From positions 65,429 to 129,428 of the forward strand of contig SUUS01000001.1 in the NCBI GenBank assembly GCA_015062395.1: a DNA stretch of 64,000 bases, read 5' to 3'. This stretch comes from Alphaproteobacteria bacterium. GTDB lineage: Bacteria > Pseudomonadota > Alphaproteobacteria > CAAHEQ01 > UBA3637. The position numbers and the translations under genes were made by a program. Shown one piece after another: positions 52,401-59,167 of the stretch. The notes beneath the pieces are model-generated. The model saw only the letters and a list, made by a program, of their open reading frames with translations. It was not told where the DNA came from and made no database searches. Position 1 is the stretch's first letter. Each line of letters opens with the position of its first letter.

Positions 52401-53811
52401 TGTCAATTACGACAAAATCTTTAGGAGTCATATAATTAGGCACCAGAGTACCAATGGATTGCTTTATATCCAAAATCTCAGTTTTTTCGTTTTTCAAGAC
52501 AATAAAAGCGACAAGGAAAGTGGGCCGATTTTCAGCCATTATCGGACAAACAGCACATTCAAGAACATTTTTATCTTTTGATAATAGGTACTCTATTTCT
52601 GCAAGTTCTATTCTATACCCACTTATTTTTACTTGGTCATCTTTTCGCCCAACGAATTCAAGTTGCTTTTTCTTGTTTAGCTTGACAATATCGCCTGTTG
52701 CATATAGAAGATTTTTTGTGTTTTGAGGATCTGGGATGAAAGATTTATTTGTATCCTTTGGATTATTTACATACCCTTTAGCAATAAACGGAGCACAGAT
52801 AAACAATTCACCCTCCGTAGTAGCTGTAAGTTTTTCATTTAGAATTTTTAACTGTATATTGGATATAGGCTTTCCTATGGGAGGGAGTTTCCCCCACTGA
52901 TTAACATTCTTTGGTAATGTAAACGAAGTGACAACATGGGTCTCACTCGGACCATACTGATTGATTAGACGGCAATGCTTTAGAATTTTAAAAAAAGAAC
53001 GAATTACTGGCGTTATAATCAACTGTTCACCGGCTGTGATTACTTCTTTAAGAGAGGTAGGAAAGGTTTTATTAAGATCTGCGATTTGCGCTATGTAATT
53101 TAACATTACTGCGGGGAGAAAAATCCGTTCAATCTTGAACTTGTCAATTAAGTACAGCAGTTTTTCAGGATCTTTTCTTTCATTTTCTTCAATCAGTACT
53201 AATGAAGCACCCGTACATAAAGTAGAAAAAATTTCTTGAAAAGAAACATCGAAGCTAATTGGGGCAAATTGTAATGTTCTTTTTATCGCAGATTCTTTAA
53301 TTTGCCATGTAATAAGATTTTCAAGAACTGATGTTGGCATAACAACACCCTTTGGAGCTCCCGTAGAACCAGAAGTAAATATAATATAGGCCAATTTACC
53401 AAAACCGTTATTGTTTACGGTTTTATTTCCCCTTGAATTTTTAATTATCTTTTCAAAAAAAACAAACTTTTTATTTCTTTTGTCAATGGTTACATCATCT
53501 GTGATAATTAAATTTGTACCGGATTTTTCCTGCATAAAATTCAAACGCTCGACAGGATAACTCTTATCAAGTGGAACATAAGGGTTTCCAGACTTTAGAA
53601 TTCCTAAAATAGAGATAATTAACTCTATTGATCTGTCAAATAGTACTCCTACTGGTTTCTTATAATTTAATGATTTTATATAACCTGCAACTAAATCTGA
53701 TTTGAAATCTAATTCTCCATAAGTTAGCTCTATACCATCCTTAATAATGGCTACCTTATCGGGAGTCTCGACACAAATCTTCTTAAAATTGTTATATAAA
53801 CTACTTTGCAT
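46396..53811 (-). CDS. Hybrid NRPS-PKS megasynthase: A - T - KS - AT - KR - ACP - C (2471 aa)
   Basis: A domain cores (LTYGEL, LKSGNPYVPLD, YIIFTSGSTGAPKGV, YATGD, GRKDDQVKISGYRIELAEIE, PSGKLDR); T (ELGGTSL, Ser ~530); KS (QSACSSS Cys~760, ETHGTGT, NIGHL); AT (GHSLGE Ser~1206); KR (TGGVGALG, NYTTAN); ACP (LGLDSL Ser~1976); C-terminal condensation domain (HHLPFDG ~2165-2171); no TE. Confidence 0.9.
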   Translation of the reverse strand: MQSSLYNNFKKICVETPDKVAIIKDGIELTYGELDFKSDLVAGYIKSLNYKKPVGVLFDRSIELIISILGILKSGNPYVPLDKSYPVERLNFMQEKSGTNLIITDDVTIDKRNKKFVFFEKIIKNSRGNKTVNNNGFGKLAYIIFTSGSTGAPKGVVMPTSVLENLITWQIKESAIKRTLQFAPISFDVSFQEIFSTLCTGASLVLIEENERKDPEKLLYLIDKFKIERIFLPAVMLNYIAQIADLNKTFPTSLKEVITAGEQLIITPVIRSFFKILKHCRLINQYGPSETHVVTSFTLPKNVNQWGKLPPIGKPISNIQLKILNEKLTATTEGELFICAPFIAKGYVNNPKDTNKSFIPDPQNTKNLLYATGDIVKLNKKKQLEFVGRKDDQVKISGYRIELAEIEYLLSKDKNVLECAVCPIMAENRPTFLVAFIVLKNEKTEILDIKQSIGTLVPNYMTPKDFVVIDKLPRTPSGKLDRKVLIQTYIEKKETTTHSELTKLEEIWRDLLHITDFDKNKTFFELGGTSLLLLQLYTKIFETFKQKIPVAMLLKNSTFNAVSDLLKGNIIQGKEAVIQDFGKPVKEKIAVIGMACNFPKCHTPDEFWNFLSTGKESIESFGPSQDLSMLDPFEHDVFCSSTIDDANLFDAEFFGYSKTEAEMMDPQQRKFLELSWELLEKTGYLNNNTTKKIGVFASQGFSSYLVNNLNPNLDYRSNRYFFERFSDLQVMMGGDKDYLPTKVSFKLGLEGPSINVQSACSSSLVAIHLAKQALLNGECEMALVGAVNIMSPSKHKYTFQKDMPWSPDGHTRTFDERSEGMMMAQGLGVVLLKPLSKAIKDKDNILAIISGSGVSNDGNNGKSNFLAPTIDGQTRSLQQALKDANILPDKISFIETHGTGTVVGDAVEIQALKNVFGNNRKRDCVIGSVKTNIGHLGWASGMAGIIKAILCIQHKQIPATLHFKKNNPLLELDDSPFYVNNKTIPWKSKKHYCLVNSFGLGGTNANVILESYSHKKNNQTKQKNNFYLFVFSGKKFEDLVKIIHNHRIFFENHRDLRLQDISYSLLKRKYHFDYRVSFVANTMDRLIYELSNTEKRLKLPSVTKDDFKVSQKQQLAFIFSGYTSQYFGMGKRLYEKNAIFKKKIQECNKIIKKFTDFDLIDIIWKQEKYSEQDVILNQLAIVAIEVSILEILKQMAILPKFVLGHSLGEYVAAYCAGILKLNELLQIVYHRAVLLTSLKIHAKMLAIRANKNTVEKLLENYNEISIASINTPNLVVVSGPTERILSLFKALHDQKIEAQKLDNSSFGHSSVANPLVAVYKKYLSKFSFKDPFIKLLSNVTGDFIQTGEISSDYWCNHMIQPVNFENMIHNLKNKDVDIFLEIGPNSVLLNMVAECYDEQNATYIPMMRKTTDDTEQLLSAFGKLFSKGISVNFDHILPKDNCLLIELPTYPFDLKKYYLEPVDLLQKASWRNDLYKIQWESVSLSNFSKSYIENSLIIGDKSQIAHFSSEKNLLVSTDISNNSFFLKEKLDSFKKKIERIVYVIDSISDDVQNYTSSDILRLYLNKIKNVFYSLKEAFLMGKIENISFIFVGNDFLNESLVSLLKTICLENSEIKCSCFFAKALTENSISKIASCIRQQKSFSFFQIDPGGKSVFEATLAPISLSSERKLTIVPKKQYLVTGGVGALGLLTSKWLIKNGAKRIVIVGRREKNEVIEQIRTLKLLDDTLDLEYISMDISDESKFFALSSKLDIKNIGGIVHAAGCIEDKSFTNTTMEDFKKIAKAKVLGVWNLHKLSLNTQLDFFVVFSSAVSVIGNPGQSNYTTANAFLDSVCKYRISLGLPALSINWGAWGDLGTIDINKNLQQKLEEKGYSYLKKNDFDEIMSSILSLQEQVILLPMNWNIFLRKYKLENSPFFRLLAKDYLPVEEKNTDTLTQYSIQDIPSIVSSEVARVLDKYTHNCHIEKDDDLFDLGLDSLSAIELRNAIRHLLNISFPVSVVFKERTLRNLTAFCIKNCSSKSLDKKLCEKTEIVLDKNNSENKLSYEEQRWVALERIKYGYLLIPILFHCELKKNSFLNALKEVISRHPILTHCYVDNHYETCNIKDFISSESIFVNMKGVENVAEYIKNLACTLTSSFPDITKTPPWILKILKLNNNQFICLLFTHHLPFDGTSVTVFVEELRKFYASFLQKSHLRLPNPVLYDQYVDWQHKFLLETEKENEAFFGGLYAGIARPVILPNKTGDEFFEQCYPSSCYTIFSSEKVYESLNKFAHKAHVSVFSVLLFVYSKLLVKLTRQHNLLIGTVFNGRTEDNFKETIGPFVKQFPLPISLDETLSNMTQITQINSIVSLVNERSYYPVNLLPKYVEKFLNFSRSSYFTDAYIMLNNYHKEKDNVWPKVEVLETLGTISEPLLNTLNYSTLRELAGLFLIVDMQKSNLRFNFWYHVHRFDINTIKDWASLYISLLEDTVKEE

Positions 53812-54043
53812 GATTCTGAATGAAACTCACAACATCCCCTATCGCTTTCATTTTGGCTATTTCTTCATTTGGAAAAGAAATATTAAATTTTTCTTCCAAC
53901 CGAAAAAATAAATCCATTTTATCTAAGGAATCCACTTCCATTTCTTTAAAAGACATATCACTGGTCAATATCTTATCATGTAAAGCGAACTTTACCTCTT
54001 TTAACGTTTCTTGAACTATTTGAAAAATATCGTTATCACTCAT
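53801..54043 (-). CDS. Discrete acyl carrier protein
   Basis: 80 aa, MEVDSLDKMDL with DSL phosphopantetheine-attachment motif; overlaps megasynthase start by 11 nt. Confidence 0.75.
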   Translation of the reverse strand: MSDNDIFQIVQETLKEVKFALHDKILTSDMSFKEMEVDSLDKMDLFFRLEEKFNISFPNEEIAKMKAIGDVVSFIQNHAK

Positions 54044-55004
54044 TTTTGCCTCCTGTCAATGTTAATAAACAATTACACCAAGAAAAACCCGTTCCAAATC
54101 CAGATAATACAAGGTAATTAGCATCTTTTTGTTTCAGATGTGGCTCTAGGATTAATGGGATTGATGATGAACTCGTATTACCATAATTAGCCGCTTTGAA
54201 TTTTAACTGATTTTCTTTTAGATTCAGGGTCGAAGATAATCTTTCCAGTAGATATCTTGATGGTTGATGACACAAAAACTCAGAAATATCACAAGTATCC
54301 AGTCCGTTTTTTAACAATAAGTTTTTAATTGATGCTGGAATTTCTTTCAACACATTATTAAAGACCATACGACCATCCATTCTTAAAAAATTTTTTTCTA
54401 TTATGGTCTCATAAGAATTTGGCAATGTTCCAAAATCCCAATCTTTTAAAATATATCCTGTTGAAACATCTTTTGTTATATAAGTCACTGTTGCTGCGTC
54501 GCCAAAGAGTAATACTGTATTTTTATCTTTTGGGTCTAGAATCCTCGATAACTGGTCACATGTGAAGAAGAGAGCGTTTTTCAAATGAAGGGTTTTCATC
54601 ATAGATAAAACGGTTAGTAAAGCATGGCAAAAACCAGCACATCCTTGACCGATATCAAAAGTAATACATTTTTTTGATAAACCTATTTTATTATGTAAAA
54701 TCGCGGACATATATGGAGCCTTATGATCTGGTGTTTGTGTTACCGTACATACTAAATCAATATTTTCAATGTCAATTTTGATTTTTTTCTCTAAATCATG
54801 CCATGCAGATAAACACATATCAGCCAAAGTCTGATGTTCTTTTATTTTAGACCTCCTAATTATTCCCAATTTATTTTCTATGAAATCTGGACTTACCTCA
54901 AAAGTTGTTAATAAATCCATATTATTTACATAGTTATCTGGAATATAAGTGCCAATACATTTTATTTTAAAGTTTTGCAAGCTCATCCCTCCTATTGATT
55001 TCAT
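54036..55004 (-). CDS. 3-oxoacyl-ACP synthase III (FabH-like KAS III)
   Basis: Active-site Cys in GQGCAGF, His/Asn region, C-terminal GFGTGFSW. Confidence 0.8.
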   Translation of the reverse strand: MKSIGGMSLQNFKIKCIGTYIPDNYVNNMDLLTTFEVSPDFIENKLGIIRRSKIKEHQTLADMCLSAWHDLEKKIKIDIENIDLVCTVTQTPDHKAPYMSAILHNKIGLSKKCITFDIGQGCAGFCHALLTVLSMMKTLHLKNALFFTCDQLSRILDPKDKNTVLLFGDAATVTYITKDVSTGYILKDWDFGTLPNSYETIIEKNFLRMDGRMVFNNVLKEIPASIKNLLLKNGLDTCDISEFLCHQPSRYLLERLSSTLNLKENQLKFKAANYGNTSSSSIPLILEPHLKQKDANYLVLSGFGTGFSWCNCLLTLTGGKNE

Positions 55005-56067
55005 ATATTGGGAAATATGTTGGAATTTCAGAATTTTGATAATCTAGTATTAGTTGTGGAATATCTTCCCAACAATAGGTATACACGTCATCTATTATAG
55101 GCATCCAATTGTGCGAAATTGCATAGTTCATCGCATCTAAAGCTTCCTGACGATTTGCATAATGAGTATTTACATGTATGTGTCGATTAATGCATTCAAC
55201 CGTTCTTGAAATAGGAAGTAAGGATCCTGTCTTCCAACCACATGATGAAATTACGGCGTTCCTTCCCAATCCTTTTAGTGCTATTTTTGTGAATGTTCCT
55301 CCTAAATTATCTATAAATATTGATGCTCCCTCATTATGTGTTTCTCTTGAAATATACGACAAAAAATCTTTTTCAAAATCCTTAAATGTGGTTCGATTTA
55401 TGGGGATTATCCCTGAAGAACGAGCATATCTCTCTCTGTACTCATTTGATACCGTCATATAAACACTAAACCCCACTTTTTTTGCGAGAAGAAGTTCAGC
55501 ATATGAAACTCCACCACCATAAGCAAAAACGGACAATCCCTTTGGCTTTCGTTTCGAAAAGGTTTGTATTTTCCAACAGCCATACGCTTGCCGCCAATTT
55601 GAATAAGCAGAAATGAAGCGACCAGAGAATGCGGCCCATTGTTTCAAGGAAAATTGTGAATTTGGGGGTATCTTAATAACCTGTTCCTCTTTCAATTTGA
55701 TTTTTTTTGCTAAATTTCCCATAATTCCTTTTGCATCATAACCCGCTATCTTTATCGGATAACCTTGGGCGTCAGAGATACCATTCCCAAAATAAATGGC
55801 AAAATCACCAATTTCCACTGAGGAAACCTTCTTTCCTCTATTTTGAATATAAAGAACACCAGTATTACCCAAAATTATTTCTTCTTCTGCTCTATCTTCA
55901 TTAATGTTTGTGGGAACTTTTTGTACAGCATGTAAGATGTTTGCTTCAAAACAACCATAAACAGGTAAAGCCAATACCTCATCATCCTCAATATCCGGAA
56001 AATGAATTATTTTTCGTTCTAAAATAGATGAATCCTTCTGTAAAACATACGCCTCTGTTTCAATCAT
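54967..56067 (-). CDS. Medium-chain dehydrogenase/reductase family oxidoreductase (putative trans-acting enoyl reductase)
   Basis: MDR fold with nucleotide-binding AYGGGVSYAELLLAKKVG; operon position between KAS III and DH. Confidence 0.55.
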   Translation of the reverse strand: MIETEAYVLQKDSSILERKIIHFPDIEDDEVLALPVYGCFEANILHAVQKVPTNINEDRAEEEIILGNTGVLYIQNRGKKVSSVEIGDFAIYFGNGISDAQGYPIKIAGYDAKGIMGNLAKKIKLKEEQVIKIPPNSQFSLKQWAAFSGRFISAYSNWRQAYGCWKIQTFSKRKPKGLSVFAYGGGVSYAELLLAKKVGFSVYMTVSNEYRERYARSSGIIPINRTTFKDFEKDFLSYISRETHNEGASIFIDNLGGTFTKIALKGLGRNAVISSCGWKTGSLLPISRTVECINRHIHVNTHYANRQEALDAMNYAISHNWMPIIDDVYTYCWEDIPQLILDYQNSEIPTYFPIYEINRRDELAKL

Positions 56068-56840
56068 TTTTTGCTCCGAAGTAAATACGTTTTACTCAAA
56101 GTACTTGGCTGTATTTTGGATATTATACTAAAACCAATTTGTTTAATCTCATCCTCTGATACATCTTCGTATAAAAGAGTTGCAGCTTTTTGTGGTAAAC
56201 GTAACAGAATATTAACATTAGTTTTGGCGGTATCTTTAATTTTTAATAATGTTTTTTTCTTATTAGATAGTCCATTTGCTAAAAGTACGATATTTTCATC
56301 CTTATACGAGAAATCAAAGGATCTCTTTTTTATAAACGTGAAATCTTTTGAAATATCTTTGGAGCACGTCTGTTTGATATACGCTTCAGAGGCTTTAAGA
56401 GCTTGTGTATCATAATCCAAACAAACTGGTATAATCCTCTGATAATTTTGTTTAAGTTCAATTAATGTTTCAGGGTGGTATCCACTACCAGCCATAAGAC
56501 AACGTTTCTGGCTGGATAGATCCTTAATAAGATTAAATTCGCAAAGAACTCCAGCATATCCTTCTTTTTCAAGAATGGATATGCTATTTACCTTTTCACC
56601 ATTCAAAAAATCCTTAACCTTGTTCCTTTCTAATTCTTTTATATACTTATTCCATTTTAAAGAAATTTCCTTTTTATCATCAGAAGATAAAGAAGTAAGC
56701 AAGTCAGAGATTTCATTTTCAGATAAACCAATTAAAATCTTCCAAAAATCCTGAAAGACTAATAAGTCAGGTTCAGTGTAATAAGCCTTTAAAGGTATAG
56801 ATAAAACCTTTTGCGTAATTTGTAATATGGACACTCTCAT
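56064..56840 (-). CDS. Hypothetical protein (258 aa), possible SAM-dependent/nicotianamine-synthase-like fold
   Basis: Weak resemblance of CLMAGSGYHPETL and NIVLLANGL to Rossmann-type SAM-binding motifs; in-operon, ATGA-coupled to downstream gene. Confidence 0.35.
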   Translation of the reverse strand: MRVSILQITQKVLSIPLKAYYTEPDLLVFQDFWKILIGLSENEISDLLTSLSSDDKKEISLKWNKYIKELERNKVKDFLNGEKVNSISILEKEGYAGVLCEFNLIKDLSSQKRCLMAGSGYHPETLIELKQNYQRIIPVCLDYDTQALKASEAYIKQTCSKDISKDFTFIKKRSFDFSYKDENIVLLANGLSNKKKTLLKIKDTAKTNVNILLRLPQKAATLLYEDVSEDEIKQIGFSIISKIQPSTLSKTYLLRSKK

Positions 56841-56912
56841 AATTCATACATCAAATCATTCAAACATTTTCGTTTAGTATACTTTAAAATACACCCTAGA
56901 GTCAACAAAAAA

Positions 56913-57353
56913 TTACTCACTGACAGCAGTTGAAGAAAAAATAGCTTCTGCAACAATTCTATTGTTGATTCTAATTGTTCCTTCAAACTTATAAGCATTA
57001 CCGATAGAGTGTTTTTTTATAGCCTCAATGTAAAGAGTATCTCCAGGGCGAGCTTGCCCTCTAAATTTTGCACTTTCAATAGTCATAAAAAGAAAAATTA
57101 AATTATGACATTTTCTTTCTTTAAGGTCAAAATACATCAGTATATTCGACAATTGGGACATTGCTTCAACAAAGAAAGTTCCAGGAAAAATGGGGTTATT
57201 TGGGAAATGTCCTTTTAAGAAGAATTCATCTGATGAAATTTCTTTTATGCCCGAAATTTTATCACTGGTATAGTCCAACACAGCGTCAACCATCAACATA
57301 GGATAACGATGCGGAAGAATTGTTTTTATTTTTTCTAAATCTAAACTTGGCAT
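56913..57353 (-). CDS. 3-hydroxyacyl-ACP dehydratase FabZ-like (hotdog fold)
   Basis: LPHRYPMLMVD and GHFPNNPIFPG FabZ signatures; first gene of minus-strand biosynthetic operon. Confidence 0.8.
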   Translation of the reverse strand: MPSLDLEKIKTILPHRYPMLMVDAVLDYTSDKISGIKEISSDEFFLKGHFPNNPIFPGTFFVEAMSQLSNILMYFDLKERKCHNLIFLFMTIESAKFRGQARPGDTLYIEAIKKHSIGNAYKFEGTIRINNRIVAEAIFSSTAVSE

Positions 57354-57376
57354 AAAAACTCCACTGGCTAGTTAGT

Positions 57377-57440
57377 ATGGAAAATTTGTGATAAGAACAA
57401 CTTTTTAGACAGGGACAAAAGAATGTGTCTAAAAAGTTGT
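57377..57440. repeat. 25-bp perfect inverted repeat (hairpin, 14-nt loop) between tRNA-Pro(CGG) and FabZ-like gene
   Basis: tgtgataagaacaactttttagaca (57377-57401) / tgtctaaaaagttgttcttatcaca (57416-57440), loop gggacaaaagaatg. Confidence 0.8.
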
Positions 57441-57452
57441 TCTTATCACATT

Positions 57453-57529
57453 TGGTCGGAGTGGCGGGATTTGAACCCACGACCCCTACGTCCCGAACGT
57501 AGTGCTCTACCAAACTGAGCTACACTCCG
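57453..57529 (-). tRNA. tRNA-Pro (anticodon CGG)
   Basis: Minus-strand 77-nt cloverleaf: acceptor CGGAGTG/CACTCCG, anticodon stem CTACG/CGTAG loop TTCGGGA, T-arm GGTTCAAATCC, A73, CCA encoded. Confidence 0.85.
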
Positions 57530-57653
57530 ATTTTTTATTTATCTTTTTTTGAAGTTATATCAAAAGAACCATAAAACATCAAGTATTTTTTAAAATTTTC
57601 TTGCCTTTTTTGCTATTTTCCAATATCATCAAATTAAAAAGTTGGAGTAAAAT

Positions 57654-58073
57654 ATGACAAAGTACGAAGAAAAAGTAAAACAATTTCACAAAGTAATGAA
57701 CTTACCTGTAAATAGTCAATTTAACGTTGAATTATTACAGTTAAGAAAAAAACTTATTTTAGAAGAAACTCAAGAACTTATTGCAGAGTTGGATTATGCG
57801 ATTAACCAACTTCAGACAAAAGATAAGTCCGTTTTACGCCCTACTTTCGAAAATATGTGTAAAGAAATGGCCGATGTACAATATGCTTTATCAGGACTGG
57901 CTATTTCTTTTGGTTTACCGATAGAAGAAGCTTTTGATGCTACACACAACAGCAATATGTCTAAATTAGGTAATGATGGGAAACCCGTTTACAGAGAAGA
58001 TGGAAAGATTACCAAAGGTCCAAATTATCATAAGCCAGATTTATCAAATCTTATTCAGAAAGTAGAAGAATAA
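57654..58073 (+). CDS. MazG-like nucleotide pyrophosphohydrolase family protein
   Basis: 139 aa all-alpha; EExxE/ExxD-type motifs LILEETQELIAEL ... EMADVQYAL; GGAG RBS. Confidence 0.5.
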   Translation: MTKYEEKVKQFHKVMNLPVNSQFNVELLQLRKKLILEETQELIAELDYAINQLQTKDKSVLRPTFENMCKEMADVQYALSGLAISFGLPIEEAFDATHNSNMSKLGNDGKPVYREDGKITKGPNYHKPDLSNLIQKVEE

Positions 58074-58074
58074 A

Positions 58075-58809
58075 ATGGAAAAATTCATTCAAAATCATCA
58101 CATATACAGCTATGAATGTGACAAAGAAGGAAAATTAAGGTTATTAACATTATTCAATCTTTTGCAACACATGGCCGATTCGCATGCAGATTTATTAAAT
58201 CTTGGATATAAAAATTTTTCCACTCGAAATATAACTTGGGTTGGTTCGCATTATGCACTTCACATAAATAAACGTCCAAAATGGAATGAAAACGTTATTA
58301 TTGAAACATGGCCATCTGGTTTGGGACCTGTTTCTGCGATTCGAGACTTTAGGGTTCTATCCCCCAAAAATGAACCTTTATTTACTGCATCGAGTCAATG
58401 GGTCATAATTGATTTAAGTTCTGGTCGGCCTCAACCGACAAAAAAATATGTTAATAATTTAGAATCGCTTGAAGAAAGAGCTCTTGATACAAAGTTTCCT
58501 ACCATACCAACTGTTCAAAGACAGGATTTTCAGAAAGATTTTTATGTTCGTTACGATGATATAGACATCAATCAACATGTGAATAATGCTATTTATCCTG
58601 TTTGGGCTAGCGAGTCGGTCCCTAATGACTTTAGAGAATCGAACGAAATCGAAGATTTAGAAATTTCATTCAAAAAACCAGCATTTTATGGACAAAAAAT
58701 AAAAGTTTCAACTCAAATTGATGAAAATACATCGCTTCATCAAATTTTTTCAGATGATAAAAGCATTGAATTTGCTCGCATTCGTATAAAATGGCGTAAA
58801 AAAAGTTAA
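58075..58809 (+). CDS. Acyl-ACP thioesterase (FAT/FatA-B family, tandem hotdog)
   Basis: 244 aa; YECDKEGKLRL..., NQHVNNAIY conserved acyl-ACP TE motifs; 1-nt gap after MazG-like gene. Confidence 0.7.
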   Translation: MEKFIQNHHIYSYECDKEGKLRLLTLFNLLQHMADSHADLLNLGYKNFSTRNITWVGSHYALHINKRPKWNENVIIETWPSGLGPVSAIRDFRVLSPKNEPLFTASSQWVIIDLSSGRPQPTKKYVNNLESLEERALDTKFPTIPTVQRQDFQKDFYVRYDDIDINQHVNNAIYPVWASESVPNDFRESNEIEDLEISFKKPAFYGQKIKVSTQIDENTSLHQIFSDDKSIEFARIRIKWRKKS

Positions 58810-58899
58810 AAAAATACAAAATACACGTAATAATATATTGCATTATTATATTTTCTATTGTATATATACATTATCTTATATACAAAAGGAGTAAAAAAA

Positions 58900-59082
58900 A
58901 TGTATGATGCAGTAGATAATTTTATAATGTGTGAAACAAATAAAGTCGATAAAATCACAGTAGCAATTTTAGCTAGCGCCCTCATTTATCAAAAGAAAGA
59001 CGCTACGCCAGAAGATGTTGCTGATATTTTTAGCATGGTCTATATGAAGTTAAAGGAACGGAAACTAATTACATTCCCATAA
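58900..59082 (+). CDS. Hypothetical small protein (60 aa)
   Basis: AAGGAG RBS then ATG 58900; hairpin gacag-ggc-ctgtc + T-run downstream. Confidence 0.3.
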   Translation: MYDAVDNFIMCETNKVDKITVAILASALIYQKKDATPEDVADIFSMVYMKLKERKLITFP

Positions 59083-59167
59083 ACTTTATACCATTTCACA
59101 AAGAGCAGCTCTGTTTATTTTGACAGGGCTGTCTTTTGTGTATCGAATATATTAAATAAAAACGATC

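Larger units (their letters stand above)
42454..58809. other. Candidate accessory island / biosynthetic gene cluster region, bounded on the left by tRNA-Pro(TGG) and containing tRNA-Pro(CGG)
   Basis: Lies between two core blocks (msbA-like/hldD/proS and recJ/gyrA); carries a proS paralog, PPTase, ATP-grasp ligase, NRPS-PKS operon and a FAT thioesterase; no integrase seen. Confidence 0.5.

Noticed and set aside
46396-53811. N-terminal domain of the megasynthase as a fatty-acyl-AMP ligase (FAAL) loading domain
   Set aside because: It carries NRPS-type A-domain cores (LTYxEL A1, LKSGxxYVPLD A2, xRxxFM A2 tail, A10 PSGKLDR) and is followed by a T domain, so an amino-acid-activating A domain is more likely. 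Substrate could not be assigned by eye.
56071-56415. 114-aa plus-strand ORF
   Set aside because: It is antisense to the in-operon 258-aa gene and has no RBS.
57286-57513. 75-aa minus-strand ORF
   Set aside because: It overlaps the tRNA-Pro(CGG) gene and the long inverted repeat. Its translation reads through the tRNA sequence.
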